A stretch of DNA of 64,000 nt from Candidatus Limnocylindrales bacterium (GCA_038248915.1 JBBRXB010000001.1:229097-293096); one strand, 5' to 3'; shown: positions 26,832 to 37,055, counted from the stretch's first letter. Numbers and translations are program-made. Notes: generated from the sequence alone by a model not told the origin.

Positions 26832-27704
26832 GTGGGCGGCTTTCTGCGGCGGCACAAGCGCGTCGTCCCGTACCTCCTGCTTGCCCCGGGCCTCCTGTGG
26901 CTGACGCTGTTCTACGTCCTGCCCGGGATCCAGATGTTCGTGACCTCATTCTGGTCGGGGACGCTCGAGACCGGCTATGCGTTCGCGCTGTCCAACATCT
27001 CCAACTACACGACCGCCCTGGAGAAGTTCGCACCGCAATTCACCCGCTCGATCGTCTATGGCGCCGCGGCGACGCTCCTGACGTTCGCGATCTCGTACCC
27101 GCTCGCTTACACGATCGCGTTCCGGGGCGGCCGCTACAAGAACCTCCTGTTGTTCCTGGTCGTGGCGCCCTTCTTCACGAGTTTCCTGCTGCGGACAGTC
27201 AGCTGGAAGGTCATCCTCGGTGACACCGGGATCCTGCTCGGCCCGCTCAAGAACATCGGCATCCTGCCGTCGGAGTTCCAGGTCCTCGCGACCCCGATCG
27301 CGGTCGTGGCCGGCATCACCTACAACTTCCTGCCGTTCATGACCCTGCCGATCTACGTGTCGCTCGAGAAGATCGACAAGCGGCTCGTGGAAGCTGCGCA
27401 GGACCTGTTCGCCTCGAACTTCGGGGCCTTCCGACGGATCACCTTCCCGCTGTCGCTGGCAGGCGTCTTCGCGGGGTCGCTGCTGACGTTCATCCCCGCG
27501 ATGGGCGACTACATCAACGCCGAGCTGCTCGGGAGCCCGCAGACCACGATGATCGGCAACGTCATCCAGAACCAGTTCCTGACACAGAACGACTACCCGA
27601 CCGCGTCCGCCCTGAGCTTCCTGCTGATGGCCGGCATCCTGATCGCCGTCGCCATCTACGCCCGGTTGCTTGGCACCGAAGAGCTCACCTCGGGCGGCGT
27701 CTGA
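26832..27704 (+). CDS. potB: Polyamine ABC transporter permease (PotB-like)
   Basis: Six TM segments and the EAA loop VEAAQDLFASNFGAFRRITFPL. Confidence 0.85.
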   Translation: MGGFLRRHKRVVPYLLLAPGLLWLTLFYVLPGIQMFVTSFWSGTLETGYAFALSNISNYTTALEKFAPQFTRSIVYGAAATLLTFAISYPLAYTIAFRGGRYKNLLLFLVVAPFFTSFLLRTVSWKVILGDTGILLGPLKNIGILPSEFQVLATPIAVVAGITYNFLPFMTLPIYVSLEKIDKRLVEAAQDLFASNFGAFRRITFPLSLAGVFAGSLLTFIPAMGDYINAELLGSPQTTMIGNVIQNQFLTQNDYPTASALSFLLMAGILIAVAIYARLLGTEELTSGGV

Positions 27705-28606
27705 TGGCCGGGGTCGCGGAGGTCGGTCGAGCGCGTCCACGCGGGACGCTGAGCGAGCGGTTCGTCCGCTTCTGGAACCGCTACCTGCTGTTCATCTACA
27801 CCGGGCTGGCGATCGTCTACCTGATGGCGCCGGTCGCGGTCATGGCCCTGTTCAGCTTCAACAACCCTGCCGGCAAGAGCAACTTCGTGTGGCAGGGCTT
27901 CACCCTTGACGCCTGGCAGAACATCTTCGCGGTGCCCGGTCTGCAGAGCGCCGTCACGATCAGCCTCGGCATAGCGTTTGCGTCCACGATGATCGCCACC
28001 GTCCTCGGCACGCTCATCGCCCTCGCGCTGGCGCGCCACGACTTCCGCGGCCGGAGTACCACGAACCTGTTCATCTTCCTGCCGATGGCGACCCCGGAGA
28101 TCGTGCTTGGCGCCTCGCTCCTGACGCTCTTCGTGGCCATCGGCACGCCGCCGTTCTTCCCGCTCAGTGCGATCACGATCCTGATCGCCCACATCATGTT
28201 CAATATCAGCTTCGTGGTCGTCACCGTCCGGGCGCGGCTGGCCGGCTTCCCGGTCCATCTCGAGGAAGCGGCGATGGACCTGGGCGCCAACGAGTGGACG
28301 ACGTTCCGCAAGGTGACCTTTCCGCTCATCCTGCCGGGCGTAATGGCCGCCGCCCTGCTCGCGTTCAGCCTGTCGATCGACGACTTCGTCATCACCAACT
28401 TCACGTCGGGCGGCACGGTGACCTTTCCGATGTTCATCTACGCCAAGGCACGGATCGGGATCCCGCCCCAGGTCAACGTCGTCGGTACGATCATCTTCCT
28501 GACCGCGGTCGGGCTGGTCGCGGTGTCCACCATCGTGGCCCGCCGACGCAATCTCCACGACGAGGCGATAGCGCGGCGCCTGCTGGCCGAAACCGACGCG
28601 AGCTGA
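27704..28606 (+). CDS. potC: Polyamine ABC transporter permease (PotC-like)
   Basis: Its ATG overlaps the potB stop (TGATG). The EAA loop reads EEAAMDLGANEWTTFRKVTFPL. Confidence 0.85.
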   Translation: MAGVAEVGRARPRGTLSERFVRFWNRYLLFIYTGLAIVYLMAPVAVMALFSFNNPAGKSNFVWQGFTLDAWQNIFAVPGLQSAVTISLGIAFASTMIATVLGTLIALALARHDFRGRSTTNLFIFLPMATPEIVLGASLLTLFVAIGTPPFFPLSAITILIAHIMFNISFVVVTVRARLAGFPVHLEEAAMDLGANEWTTFRKVTFPLILPGVMAAALLAFSLSIDDFVITNFTSGGTVTFPMFIYAKARIGIPPQVNVVGTIIFLTAVGLVAVSTIVARRRNLHDEAIARRLLAETDAS

Positions 28607-28616
28607 GGAGCGCACC

Positions 28617-29945
28617 ATGGTCGAGACCGCCGCCCACGGCACCGCGAACGACGTCGCTCCCCTGCCCGACCATGCCGTCGTGCCGGCGGTCTGGAGCCGG
28701 ATCACCAACCTCGACGTCGATCGCGGCGAGGGCTCCTGGCTGATCACCCGCGACGGCACCCGCTACCTCGACTACTCGTCCGGGATCGGCGTGACCAACA
28801 CGGGCCACGCTCATCCGCGCGTTGCAGCGGCCATCGCAGCGCAGGCGACCAAACTGCTCCACGGCCAGCAGAACATCCTGTTTCACGAGCCCGGCCTGCG
28901 GCTCTACGAGCGGCTGCGGACGGTCCTGCCCGGCGGGCCATGGCAGGCCTTCCTGTCGAACTCGGGCGCGGAGGCGATCGAAGCGTCGGTCAAGCTGGCC
29001 CGCGTCGCCACCGGTCGCCCGGCGATCATGGCGTTCCGCTACGGCTACCACGGCCGCACCGCCCAGACGATGGCGCTGACGACGGCCAAGGACGTCTACC
29101 GCGGCGCGTTCGAGCCCCTCCCGGGATCCATCTATCACACCGCCTATCCGTATTGCTATCGGGCCGCCGGCGGCGCCCACTCGCCGGACGCCTGCACCTG
29201 CGACTGGGAGGCCCAGCTCGACCTGACCTTCCACCAGTTCATCTACCCGGAGTCGGTCGCGGCGATCATCATCGAGCCCGTCCTCGGCGAGGGCGGCTAC
29301 ATCGTCCCGCCGCCCGGCTTCCTGCCACGACTGCGCGAAATCACCCGCCAGCACGGCATCCTGCTGATCGCCGACGAGGTCCAGACCGGGTTCGGGCGGA
29401 CCGGCGAGCTGTTCGCGGTCCAGCATTGGGGCGTGGAGCCGGACATCCTGGTCATGGCCAAGGGCATCGCGTCGGGGTTGCCGCTGTCCGGGATCCTGGC
29501 CCGCGCCGACCTGATGGCCGCCTGGAAGCCCGGCACCCACGGCGGGACCTACGGCGGCAACGTCGTCTCTTGCGCGGCGGCCAACGCCACGCTCGATGTC
29601 ATCGAGGACGAGGGTTTGGTGGCCAACGCGGGCGAGCGCGGCGACCAGTTCCTGGCCGGCCTGCGCGGCTTGGCGGGCAAGTACGCCTCGATCGGGGATG
29701 CCCGCGGGCTCGGCCTGATGGTCGCCATGGAGCTGGTGAAGCCCGGGGTCGGTGACGGGCGCGTCCCGGATCCTGAGCTGACCAAGCGGATCCAGGCCGA
29801 GGCGCTGGCCCGCAACCTCATCGTCCTGACCGCCGGGACCTACGTGAACGTGGTCCGGATCATCCCACCGTTGGTCACGACCGCCGCTGAGATCGACCTC
29901 GCGCTGTCCATCCTCGACGAGAGCCTGGGGGCGGCCGGCGCCTGA
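28617..29945 (+). CDS. Class III (omega) aminotransferase, GABA/putrescine aminotransferase-like
   Basis: Matching segments are SGIGVTNTGHAHP, LSNSGAEAIEA, LIADEVQTGFGRTG and MAKGIASGLP (PLP-binding Lys context). It lies directly downstream of potABCD. Confidence 0.85.
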   Translation: MVETAAHGTANDVAPLPDHAVVPAVWSRITNLDVDRGEGSWLITRDGTRYLDYSSGIGVTNTGHAHPRVAAAIAAQATKLLHGQQNILFHEPGLRLYERLRTVLPGGPWQAFLSNSGAEAIEASVKLARVATGRPAIMAFRYGYHGRTAQTMALTTAKDVYRGAFEPLPGSIYHTAYPYCYRAAGGAHSPDACTCDWEAQLDLTFHQFIYPESVAAIIIEPVLGEGGYIVPPPGFLPRLREITRQHGILLIADEVQTGFGRTGELFAVQHWGVEPDILVMAKGIASGLPLSGILARADLMAAWKPGTHGGTYGGNVVSCAAANATLDVIEDEGLVANAGERGDQFLAGLRGLAGKYASIGDARGLGLMVAMELVKPGVGDGRVPDPELTKRIQAEALARNLIVLTAGTYVNVVRIIPPLVTTAAEIDLALSILDESLGAAGA

Positions 29946-30035
29946 CCGCCGAGGCCAGTCCCATTCGGACGCGCGCTCCGGAGTCGGTTGGCGACGAATG
30001 ACGGCGACGGCCGGCGCGACTGCTATCGTGCCCGG

Positions 30036-30704
30036 ATGAACGTCGGCCCAGACTCGGATCGCTACTGGGTCCCTGGGCGCGCGGCCGGCGGCGATCCCGG
30101 CCTCGACACCGCGCGGACGCGCGTCGCGGTACTGCTCGACGCGTTGCCGAGGATCGACCTTCAGGTCTTGGTCGTCGCCATGCCGGACGGTACACGACGC
30201 GCGGCCCGCGCACGGGCTATCGACGCGGCCGTGGCGGCCGGTCGGGGCGGCTTGCTCGACGAGGCGACCGGTGCGGTACGCGAGGCCGTGCTCGAGATCT
30301 TCTCGCGCTCCGGCTTCAGCGGCACCTGGGCCTTGAGCGAGATGGCGGTGTCGGTGACGCGGGCGAAGGACCGCGTGGCGGCTGCTGCGGCATTCGAGGA
30401 GGCAGCGATGTCTGCGGTCGTCGAGGACATCGTCGACGAGGAGACGACCGACATCCTGCGATCGACGACCGCGGGCCTGTTCGACATGACCGGGATGCCC
30501 GTGCCCGGATCGTTGTCGTCGTTCGCGACGCCCAAGGTCGGATCCACCCGGGGACCGATCGAGGTCGTCGTCACGGTCGGCTTCGTTGTGATCTGCGTCG
30601 TGATCGCAGCCGCCTTCAGCCTGGGCATCGGGCTCCTGGCGCTCGCCGCGGGCTTGGCCATCGTGGCCGGCCTGACCAGGCAGCGACGATCCAGCGGGTC
30701 CTGA
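30036..30704 (+). CDS. Hypothetical C-terminally membrane-anchored protein
   Basis: ATG 30036 has TATCGT 6 nt upstream. The body is soluble and Ala/Asp/Glu-rich. The C-terminus has two hydrophobic segments (VVVTVGFVVICVVIAAAFSLGIGLLALAAGLAIVAGL). The family is not recognisable. Confidence 0.5.
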   Translation: MNVGPDSDRYWVPGRAAGGDPGLDTARTRVAVLLDALPRIDLQVLVVAMPDGTRRAARARAIDAAVAAGRGGLLDEATGAVREAVLEIFSRSGFSGTWALSEMAVSVTRAKDRVAAAAAFEEAAMSAVVEDIVDEETTDILRSTTAGLFDMTGMPVPGSLSSFATPKVGSTRGPIEVVVTVGFVVICVVIAAAFSLGIGLLALAAGLAIVAGLTRQRRSSGS

Positions 30705-30713
30705 CCGAAGGCT

Positions 30714-31514
30714 CTAGCCCTTGAGGACCCGAACGACCTCGTCGTGGAGCAGGTCGTTCGTCGCTAGCGCCGTCCCGTTGTGGATCGACCGCACGCCGTG
30801 GATATCTGTCACCCGGCCGCCGGCCTCCTCGACGACGATCGATGGCGCGGCCAGGTCCCAACTGTTGGGGCCGACCTCGATCATCGCCTCGGCGGCCCCT
30901 TCGGCTACCAGCGCGTAACCCCAGAAGTCGCCGAACCCACGGTCGCGCCAGACCGTGCGGATCAGCGCGTCGAACCCCGGCGCCTCACCGCTGGCCCCGA
31001 TGTCGATCGGCGACGAGTAGAGGACCTGCGCGTCGGCGACGGCCGTCACCTTCGACACGCCGATCCGCCGTCGGATCCCCGCATCCGGCCCGACCGAGCC
31101 GATCGCCCAGCTGCCGCCACCCCGCCACGCGAGCCAGCGCTGGCCGAGGGCGGGCGCGCTCATGACCCCGACCACGATCTCGCCGTCTTCCTCGACCGCG
31201 AGGAGCGTGCCGAACAACGGCACGCCACGCATGAAGTTGTGCGTGCCGTCGATCGGGTCGATGTACCAGCGGATGCTGCCGTTGCCGGGTTGGGTGCCGT
31301 ACTCCTCGCCGACGAGCCCGTGGTCGGGGTAGGCGCGCGTGATCTGCGTGCGGATCTGGCGCTCGATGGCGGTGTCGGCCTGGGTAACGAACGTCCGGTC
31401 GGGCTTCGTCTCGATCACCAGGTCGCGCCGAAAATGCTCGAGGGCCATGGTGTCGGCGGCGTCGGCACAGACGAGAGCGAGGGTGAGCCACTCGTCGTAC
31501 CTGGGGTCGGTCAT
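30714..31514 (-). CDS. Inositol monophosphatase family protein (histidinol-phosphatase HisN-like)
   Basis: IMPase motifs are present: GEEYG, WYIDPIDGTHNF and DFWGY..VAEG. Its ATG overlaps the upstream stop (ATGA). Confidence 0.8.
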   Translation of the reverse strand: MTDPRYDEWLTLALVCADAADTMALEHFRRDLVIETKPDRTFVTQADTAIERQIRTQITRAYPDHGLVGEEYGTQPGNGSIRWYIDPIDGTHNFMRGVPLFGTLLAVEEDGEIVVGVMSAPALGQRWLAWRGGGSWAIGSVGPDAGIRRRIGVSKVTAVADAQVLYSSPIDIGASGEAPGFDALIRTVWRDRGFGDFWGYALVAEGAAEAMIEVGPNSWDLAAPSIVVEEAGGRVTDIHGVRSIHNGTALATNDLLHDEVVRVLKG

Positions 31515-33946
31515 GCGCGGATCCTCGCCCCGTCCGGGTCGAACAGCGGCTCGCGGGCGACCTCGAAGCCGATCCACTCGCCGAAGACCTCGACCTCGCC
31601 GCGGGTCCCGATCGCAGCGTCCGGGGGCAGGTACGCGTACGCGATCGAGCGCTCGACGGCGAAGCCATAGCCGCCCGACGTCACCCGACCGACGATCTCG
31701 CCACCGACGCAGACGGGCTCGTTGCCGAGACAGACGGAGCGCGGATCGTCGAGGACCAGACAGCGGAGGCGCTTGCGCGGACCGGCGGCCTTTGCAACCA
31801 CGAGCGCATCGCGGCCGATGAACTCGGGTTCCTTGTCAAGGGCCACCGCGAACCCGAGCCCAGCCTCGTACGGCGTCTCGTCCGGGGTGATGTCGCTGGA
31901 CCAGACGCGGTAGCCCTTCTCGATCCGGAGCGCGTCGATGGCGCGGTACCCGGCGGCGACCATGCCGTGCGCCCGGCCGGCCTCCCACAGCGTCCGCCAC
32001 AGCGCAAGACCGAAGTCTGTGTTGGCGTAGAGCTCCCAGCCGAGCTCCCCGACGTAGGTGACCCGCAGCGCGTAGACCGGCACGGACCCGACCGTGACGG
32101 CGCGTGCGGTGAGGTACGGGAAACCGGCATCCGAGACGTCGTCGCGCGTCAGCGGCGCGAGGATGTCGCGCGCCCGCGGGCCCCACAACGCGAAACACAC
32201 CCGGCTCGAGGTCAGGTCGTTGAGCAGCACGCTGCCGTCCTCGGGCAGGTTCCGGCGGAGCCAGCCAAGGTCGTGCTGGCCGACCGCGGTCCCGGTGATC
32301 ATCAGGAAGCGATCGGCGGTGACCCGGGTGATCGTCAGGTCGCACTCGATCCCGCCGCGGCGGTTGAGCAGTTGCGTGTAGACGATCCGCCCGACCGGGA
32401 CGTCCACGTCGTTGGCGCACATCTGTTGCAGGAAGGCCACGGCGCCCGGCCCGACGATCTCGATCTTGGCGAACGAGGTCTCGTCGAACAGACCGGCCGT
32501 CGTGCGAGTGGCCAGCGCCTCCGCGCCGATGGCCGGCGACCAGTGCTGGCCCGCCCAGCCGCGCGGCCGGAGTGCCTCGTCGCCGGCTGCGGCGTTCGAC
32601 TCGAACCAGTTCGGGCGCTCCCAGCCGGACTTCTCGCCAAAGACCGCGCCCAGACCGGCCAGGACGTCGTAGGTCGGCGAGGTGCGCAACGGGCGGCCGG
32701 CCTGGCGCTCCTCGTTCGGGTAGTGGATGTCGTAGTACGTCGCGTAGTTCTCGATCGAGCGGGCGAGGGTGTAGCCCTGCGACCGATATGCGGGCCCGAA
32801 CCGGCGGATGTCCATCTTCCAGAGGTCGAGCTCCGGCTCGCCATCGATGATCCACGACGCCATCTGACGTCCGATCCCGCCCGCCCCGGCGATGCCATGA
32901 GCCGAGAACCCGGCGGCGACGAAGAAACCACCGACCTCCGATTCACCGAGGATGAACTCGTTGTCCGGGGTGAACCCCTCCGGACCGTTGATGACCCGGC
33001 TGACGCCGGCGTCGGCCATGGCCGGGACGCGCCGGATGGCGCCCTCCATGATCGGCTGGAACCGGTCCATGTCGGGCGCCAGGAGCTTGCCGTTGAAGTC
33101 GATCGGGATGCCATCGAGCGACCACGGCGCCGGATCGCGTTCGTAGCCGCCCATGCACAGTCCACCGACCTCCTCGCGGAAATAGACCAAGTGGTCCGGA
33201 TCGCGGAGCTGGGGCAGGCCGGGGTGGACGCCCTCGATCGGCTCGGTGAAGAGGTACTGGTGGGCCATCGGGATGATCGGCACGTTGACCCCGACCATCC
33301 GGCCGATCTCCGGCGCGAACATCCCGCCGGCGTTGACCACGACGTCGGCCCGGATCTCCGAGCGCTCGCCCTGGTGCTCGACGGTGACGCCCGCCACGCG
33401 GCCGTGGTCCGTGCCGATCGCCACCACGCGCGTATACGGTCGGACCTTGGCGCCCCGCGCTCGGGCCCCGGCGGCGAGCGCGTTGGCGAGGCCGGACGGG
33501 TCGAGCCAGCCGTCGGTCGGCAGGTAGACAGCACCGAGGACGCCATCCGTCGACATCAGCGGAAAGAGCGCCTGGGCCTCGCCGGCCGTGATGAGTTCGA
33601 GCGGCAGCCCGAAGGTCTTGGCCCAGCCGGCCTGGCGTCGAAGCTCCTCGAACCGTTCCGGGCTCGACGCCAGCCGCAGGGAGCCGACCTCGTGCCAGGA
33701 CGGGTCGGTACCGGTCTCGGCCGCCAGGCGGCGGTACAGGTCCGAGCCGTACATCATCATCTTCGTGAGCGTGACCGAGCTCCGCAGCTGGCCGACGAGG
33801 CCGGCCGAATGGAAGGTCGAGCCCGAGGTCAGCTCCGCGCGGTCGACGAGGACGACGTCCGTCCAGCCGCGCTCGGTCAGGTGGTACGCGATCGACGTGC
33901 CGCCGACGCCGCCGCCGATGATGACCGCGCGAGCCTGTTCCGCCAT
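31511..33946 (-). CDS. FAD-dependent oxidoreductase fused to GcvT aminomethyltransferase-like domain (dimethylglycine/sarcosine dehydrogenase family), paralog 1
   Basis: The N-terminus has VIIGGGVGGTSIAYHL and TSGSTFHSAGLV. The C-terminal folate-binding GcvT domain shows FAKIEIVGPGA and YAGELGWELY. Confidence 0.88.
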   Translation of the reverse strand: MAEQARAVIIGGGVGGTSIAYHLTERGWTDVVLVDRAELTSGSTFHSAGLVGQLRSSVTLTKMMMYGSDLYRRLAAETGTDPSWHEVGSLRLASSPERFEELRRQAGWAKTFGLPLELITAGEAQALFPLMSTDGVLGAVYLPTDGWLDPSGLANALAAGARARGAKVRPYTRVVAIGTDHGRVAGVTVEHQGERSEIRADVVVNAGGMFAPEIGRMVGVNVPIIPMAHQYLFTEPIEGVHPGLPQLRDPDHLVYFREEVGGLCMGGYERDPAPWSLDGIPIDFNGKLLAPDMDRFQPIMEGAIRRVPAMADAGVSRVINGPEGFTPDNEFILGESEVGGFFVAAGFSAHGIAGAGGIGRQMASWIIDGEPELDLWKMDIRRFGPAYRSQGYTLARSIENYATYYDIHYPNEERQAGRPLRTSPTYDVLAGLGAVFGEKSGWERPNWFESNAAAGDEALRPRGWAGQHWSPAIGAEALATRTTAGLFDETSFAKIEIVGPGAVAFLQQMCANDVDVPVGRIVYTQLLNRRGGIECDLTITRVTADRFLMITGTAVGQHDLGWLRRNLPEDGSVLLNDLTSSRVCFALWGPRARDILAPLTRDDVSDAGFPYLTARAVTVGSVPVYALRVTYVGELGWELYANTDFGLALWRTLWEAGRAHGMVAAGYRAIDALRIEKGYRVWSSDITPDETPYEAGLGFAVALDKEPEFIGRDALVVAKAAGPRKRLRCLVLDDPRSVCLGNEPVCVGGEIVGRVTSGGYGFAVERSIAYAYLPPDAAIGTRGEVEVFGEWIGFEVAREPLFDPDGARIRA

Positions 33947-33961
33947 CGCCGTTGTGCGCTC

Positions 33962-33990
33962 CCCTGCCCTCCGACCGACGAGGGACAGGG
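33962..33990. terminator. GC hairpin after the NmrA-like gene
   Basis: ccctgccctc-N8-gagggacaggg forms a 10-bp stem with one bulge. It lies between the stop at 34001 and the next start at 33946. There is no U-tract. Confidence 0.3.
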
Positions 33991-34000
33991 TAGCGGGCCG

Positions 34001-34915
34001 TCAGGCCGGGTGATCGGCCAGCGCGCCTCGCGCGACGGGAAGCCGTTCCGCCACGACGTTCGCGAGCCGTGTAGCGGGCACGGAGGGGAATCGCCGCGCG
34101 CGATCGGTCGCGTCGGCGCTCATGTCGCGGGTATCCATGACCACGGCCGTCGCGATCTGGCCGGCCAGGATCGGCTTGATGGGGCGTAGGACCGCGGCGA
34201 GCATCCGCATCATGGGCAGCGGGACGTGGCTGACCGTTCCGGTGACGCCGGTGACTCGCTGGACCGTCGCGACGAAGGCCGCGAAGGTCAGGTTTTCGGG
34301 GCCGGCGACGTCGATGGTCGAGCCGCGGAGCGAGGGATCGGCGATGGCCACGTCCACGATGGCGGCGACGTCGGCCGCCGACACGAAGTTGATCGGGTTG
34401 TGACCGCGGCCGAAGATCCGCGTCCGGCCGGTCTCGACCAGCGGCCGGCCGACGAGCTCGAGCCAGGTCTCCTGGTAGGCGGTCGGGCGGATGATCGACC
34501 AGGCCAGGTTCGAGGCCTGGAGCCGGCGCTCGGTCTCGGCCTTGACCCGGAACAGCTCACTCGGGTGGTTCGGCGACGCCTGACCGATGGACAGCAGCGC
34601 GAAGTGGTCGACACCGGCCGCTTCCGCCGAGGCGATCAGGTTGGCATTGCCCTGCCCGTCGATCGCCCGAACCCCGCCGGCACCTGGCCCGCCAAAGCCC
34701 TGGATCGCCGAGACGACGGTCCCGACTCCGGCCATCGCTCGATCGATGGACGCTCGGTCCCGGACATCGCCGGTGACGAGCTCGACGCCGGCGGGCAAGC
34801 CATGGTCGCCACCGGACATCCCACGGGTCAGGACGCGCACCGTCTCGCCACGAACCAGCAACCTCGGAATCAGCAGCCGGCCGAGCGTGCCGGTCCCACC
34901 CGCCACGAGGATCAT
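34001..34915 (-). CDS. NAD(P)H-binding NmrA/SDR-family protein
   Basis: The Rossmann motif is in MILVAGGTGTLGRLLIPRLL. ATG 34915 overlaps the upstream stop (ATGA). Confidence 0.8.
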   Translation of the reverse strand: MILVAGGTGTLGRLLIPRLLVRGETVRVLTRGMSGGDHGLPAGVELVTGDVRDRASIDRAMAGVGTVVSAIQGFGGPGAGGVRAIDGQGNANLIASAEAAGVDHFALLSIGQASPNHPSELFRVKAETERRLQASNLAWSIIRPTAYQETWLELVGRPLVETGRTRIFGRGHNPINFVSAADVAAIVDVAIADPSLRGSTIDVAGPENLTFAAFVATVQRVTGVTGTVSHVPLPMMRMLAAVLRPIKPILAGQIATAVVMDTRDMSADATDRARRFPSVPATRLANVVAERLPVARGALADHPA

Positions 34916-35364
34916 CGCGGCACGGCCTGTCCGGTCGCGCCAGCGCCCGACACGATCCGCCGAACGGCGTCGTCGGGTCCGACACCGGCGACCTCCACCG
35001 GTTCGATGTAGAAACGGACCGAGACGGCCCGTGATGCCTCCAGCCGGAGGATCGTCACGCCGCGCATCCGGTGCGCCGAACCATCGCGCCGCGTACCGCT
35101 CCAATCCCATTCGGACCAGACGGTGTCGCCATCGACGACCGCGTCGAGCAGATCAGCGTGCAGGTCCGGGACGCCGGCAAAGATCTGCTCCCAGTTCCGG
35201 CGCACCTGGTCGGCTCCTCGGAAGGTACGCTGCGGATGCGCCGGCGTCTCGCTGAGAACGTTCGGGTCGAACACCTCCACGAGGGCGTCCAGGTCGTGAT
35301 CGTTCATCGCATCGCGGAGTCGGTGCACCACCGCGATCCCGGGTTCCACTGCCTGCACGTCCAT
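34912..35364 (-). CDS. SnoaL-like / NTF2-fold protein
   Basis: ATG 35364 has GGAGGAG 5 nt upstream. The product (IAVVHRLRDAMNDHDLDALVEVFDPNV..., 150 aa) has an NTF2-like pattern. Confidence 0.65.
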   Translation of the reverse strand: MDVQAVEPGIAVVHRLRDAMNDHDLDALVEVFDPNVLSETPAHPQRTFRGADQVRRNWEQIFAGVPDLHADLLDAVVDGDTVWSEWDWSGTRRDGSAHRMRGVTILRLEASRAVSVRFYIEPVEVAGVGPDDAVRRIVSGAGATGQAVPR

Positions 35365-35423
35365 GTCGCTCCTCCGATCGACTATCGCCATACTAGGCGT
35401 TTGTTGGATATACTCGCAGTCTG

Positions 35424-36071
35424 ATGAACGATCAAACCGATGTCAAGCGAGCCTACGAATCGCCTCTTCGCAAGGCGCAGGCGGCGACCACGAGGCGCGC
35501 GGTGATCGACGCCGCCGCGACGCTGTTCATCGATCGCGGCTACGTCGCGACGTCGCTCGATTCGATCGCGGAGGCGGCGGGCGTCAGCCGGGCGACGGTC
35601 ACGTCGATCGGCGGCAAGAAGGCGCTGCTCAAGACGGCCTACGACGTGGCCCTCGTCGGTGACGGCGAGCCGATCCCCTTCCCGCTTCGGCCGGCCTCGC
35701 TCGCGGTTCGAGCCGAGCCTGACCCGATTCGGTTCGTGGTCGGCTACGCTGGGCTGGTCACCGACATCGATCGCCGGCTCGCCGCGGTCTACGAAGCCGT
35801 ACGGGGCGCAGCCAGCGCCGACCCGGAGGTGCGCGAGGTCTTCGAGGCGATCGGGCGGGAGCGTTCGATCGGCGCGCGCCACGTCGTCGACGACCTCCTG
35901 GCGAAGGGCGCGCGGCTGCGGGACGGTCTGGACGCCGAGGCGGCGGCCGACATCCTGTGGGTCCTCATCGACCCGGGCCTCTTCCACCTCCTCGTCCATC
36001 GTCGTGGTTGGACGCCGGAGCGCTTCGACGCCTGGCTGGCCGATTCGATCCAGCGCCAGCTGCTGGCATGA
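35424..36071 (+). CDS. TetR-family transcriptional regulator
   Basis: The N-terminal HTH reads TRRAVIDAAATLFIDRGYVATSLDSIAEAAGVSRATV. It is divergent from the SnoaL-like gene. TATACT lies 9 nt upstream of the ATG. Confidence 0.88.
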   Translation: MNDQTDVKRAYESPLRKAQAATTRRAVIDAAATLFIDRGYVATSLDSIAEAAGVSRATVTSIGGKKALLKTAYDVALVGDGEPIPFPLRPASLAVRAEPDPIRFVVGYAGLVTDIDRRLAAVYEAVRGAASADPEVREVFEAIGRERSIGARHVVDDLLAKGARLRDGLDAEAAADILWVLIDPGLFHLLVHRRGWTPERFDAWLADSIQRQLLA

Positions 36072-36075
36072 CCCG

Positions 36076-36984
36076 GTGACGGCGACGCCCTCGATCGAGC
36101 AGGTCATCGCGGCGATCCCGGAATGGGCCGGGCGAACGGTCACGGCCGAGCGGATCCCGGCCGGGCTGACCAACACGAACTACCGGGTCGAGGTCGACGG
36201 CCTGCCGCGGTTCGTGCGGATCCCCGGCGCCGGGACCGACCTTCTGGCCGTCGATCGCGGCAACGAACTGCACAATACCCGGGTGGCGGCCGAGTCCGGC
36301 GTCGCGCCCCGTGTCCTCCATGCGCTTCCGGAGTGGGACGTGTTCGTGCTCGAGTGGCTCGAGGCTCGGACGCTGTCGGGCGAGGCGTTGCGGGCGCCCG
36401 GGATGCCGGCGCGGATCGCGAACGCACTCCGACGCCTCCATTCTGGCCCGCGCTTCCGTGACGACTTCGACATGGTCCGGCTGTCCGAGCGCTATCTCGC
36501 CTTCGTCGACGAGCGCGACATCGCCATCCCGGCCGGCTATCGGGAGCACCTGGGCCAGATCCCGCGCATCGAGGCGGCGCTGGCCGCGCACCCACTGGCG
36601 ACCGTCCCGTGCCACAACGACCTGCTCGCCGACAACTACCTCGACGACGGCGGGCGGCTGTGGATCGTCGACTGGGAATACAGCGGCAACGGCGATCCCG
36701 CCTTCGAACTCGGCAACACGGCGCAGGAGCTCGAGTACGACGACGACCAGGTCCGCGAGCTGTGCGCCGCGTACTTCGGGGAAGCCTCCCCTGCCCTCCT
36801 GGCCCGGATGCGGCTCCAGATGATCATGTCCGACGTCGGCTGGACGCTGTGGGCCGCCATCCAGGCGCGGATCTCCACGATCGACTACGACTTCACCGCG
36901 TGGGCCGAGGAACGGTGGGCGCGGGCGGCCGCCATGCTCGACGGCCCCGACTTCGGGGGTTGGCTGCAAGTCGGGCGGGTCTGA
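36076..36984 (+). CDS. Phosphotransferase, APH/choline-ethanolamine-kinase-like family, paralog 1
   Basis: GTG 36076 lies 5 nt after the TetR stop. Motifs are GLTNTNYRV, the Brenner-type catalytic loop PCHNDLLADNYL and IVDWEYSGNGDPAFELGN. Confidence 0.85.
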   Translation: MTATPSIEQVIAAIPEWAGRTVTAERIPAGLTNTNYRVEVDGLPRFVRIPGAGTDLLAVDRGNELHNTRVAAESGVAPRVLHALPEWDVFVLEWLEARTLSGEALRAPGMPARIANALRRLHSGPRFRDDFDMVRLSERYLAFVDERDIAIPAGYREHLGQIPRIEAALAAHPLATVPCHNDLLADNYLDDGGRLWIVDWEYSGNGDPAFELGNTAQELEYDDDQVRELCAAYFGEASPALLARMRLQMIMSDVGWTLWAAIQARISTIDYDFTAWAEERWARAAAMLDGPDFGGWLQVGRV

Positions 36985-37055
36985 TCGCGATCGGCAACTC
37001 GGTGGCGAACCTCTCAGGACTCGTTGCGCCATCCTTGGGTTCGAGAGGCATTCGA

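Noticed and set aside
28617-29945. Class III aminotransferase as the phospho-lyase partner of the choline-kinase-like enzymes, an amino-alcohol kinase/phospholyase pathway as in the mycobacterial aminopropanol route.
   Set aside because: It is more than 6 kb from the nearest kinase and on the opposite strand context. It directly terminates the potABCD operon, which fits a polyamine/GABA aminotransferase role better. Sequence alone cannot distinguish a lyase from a transaminase by eye.
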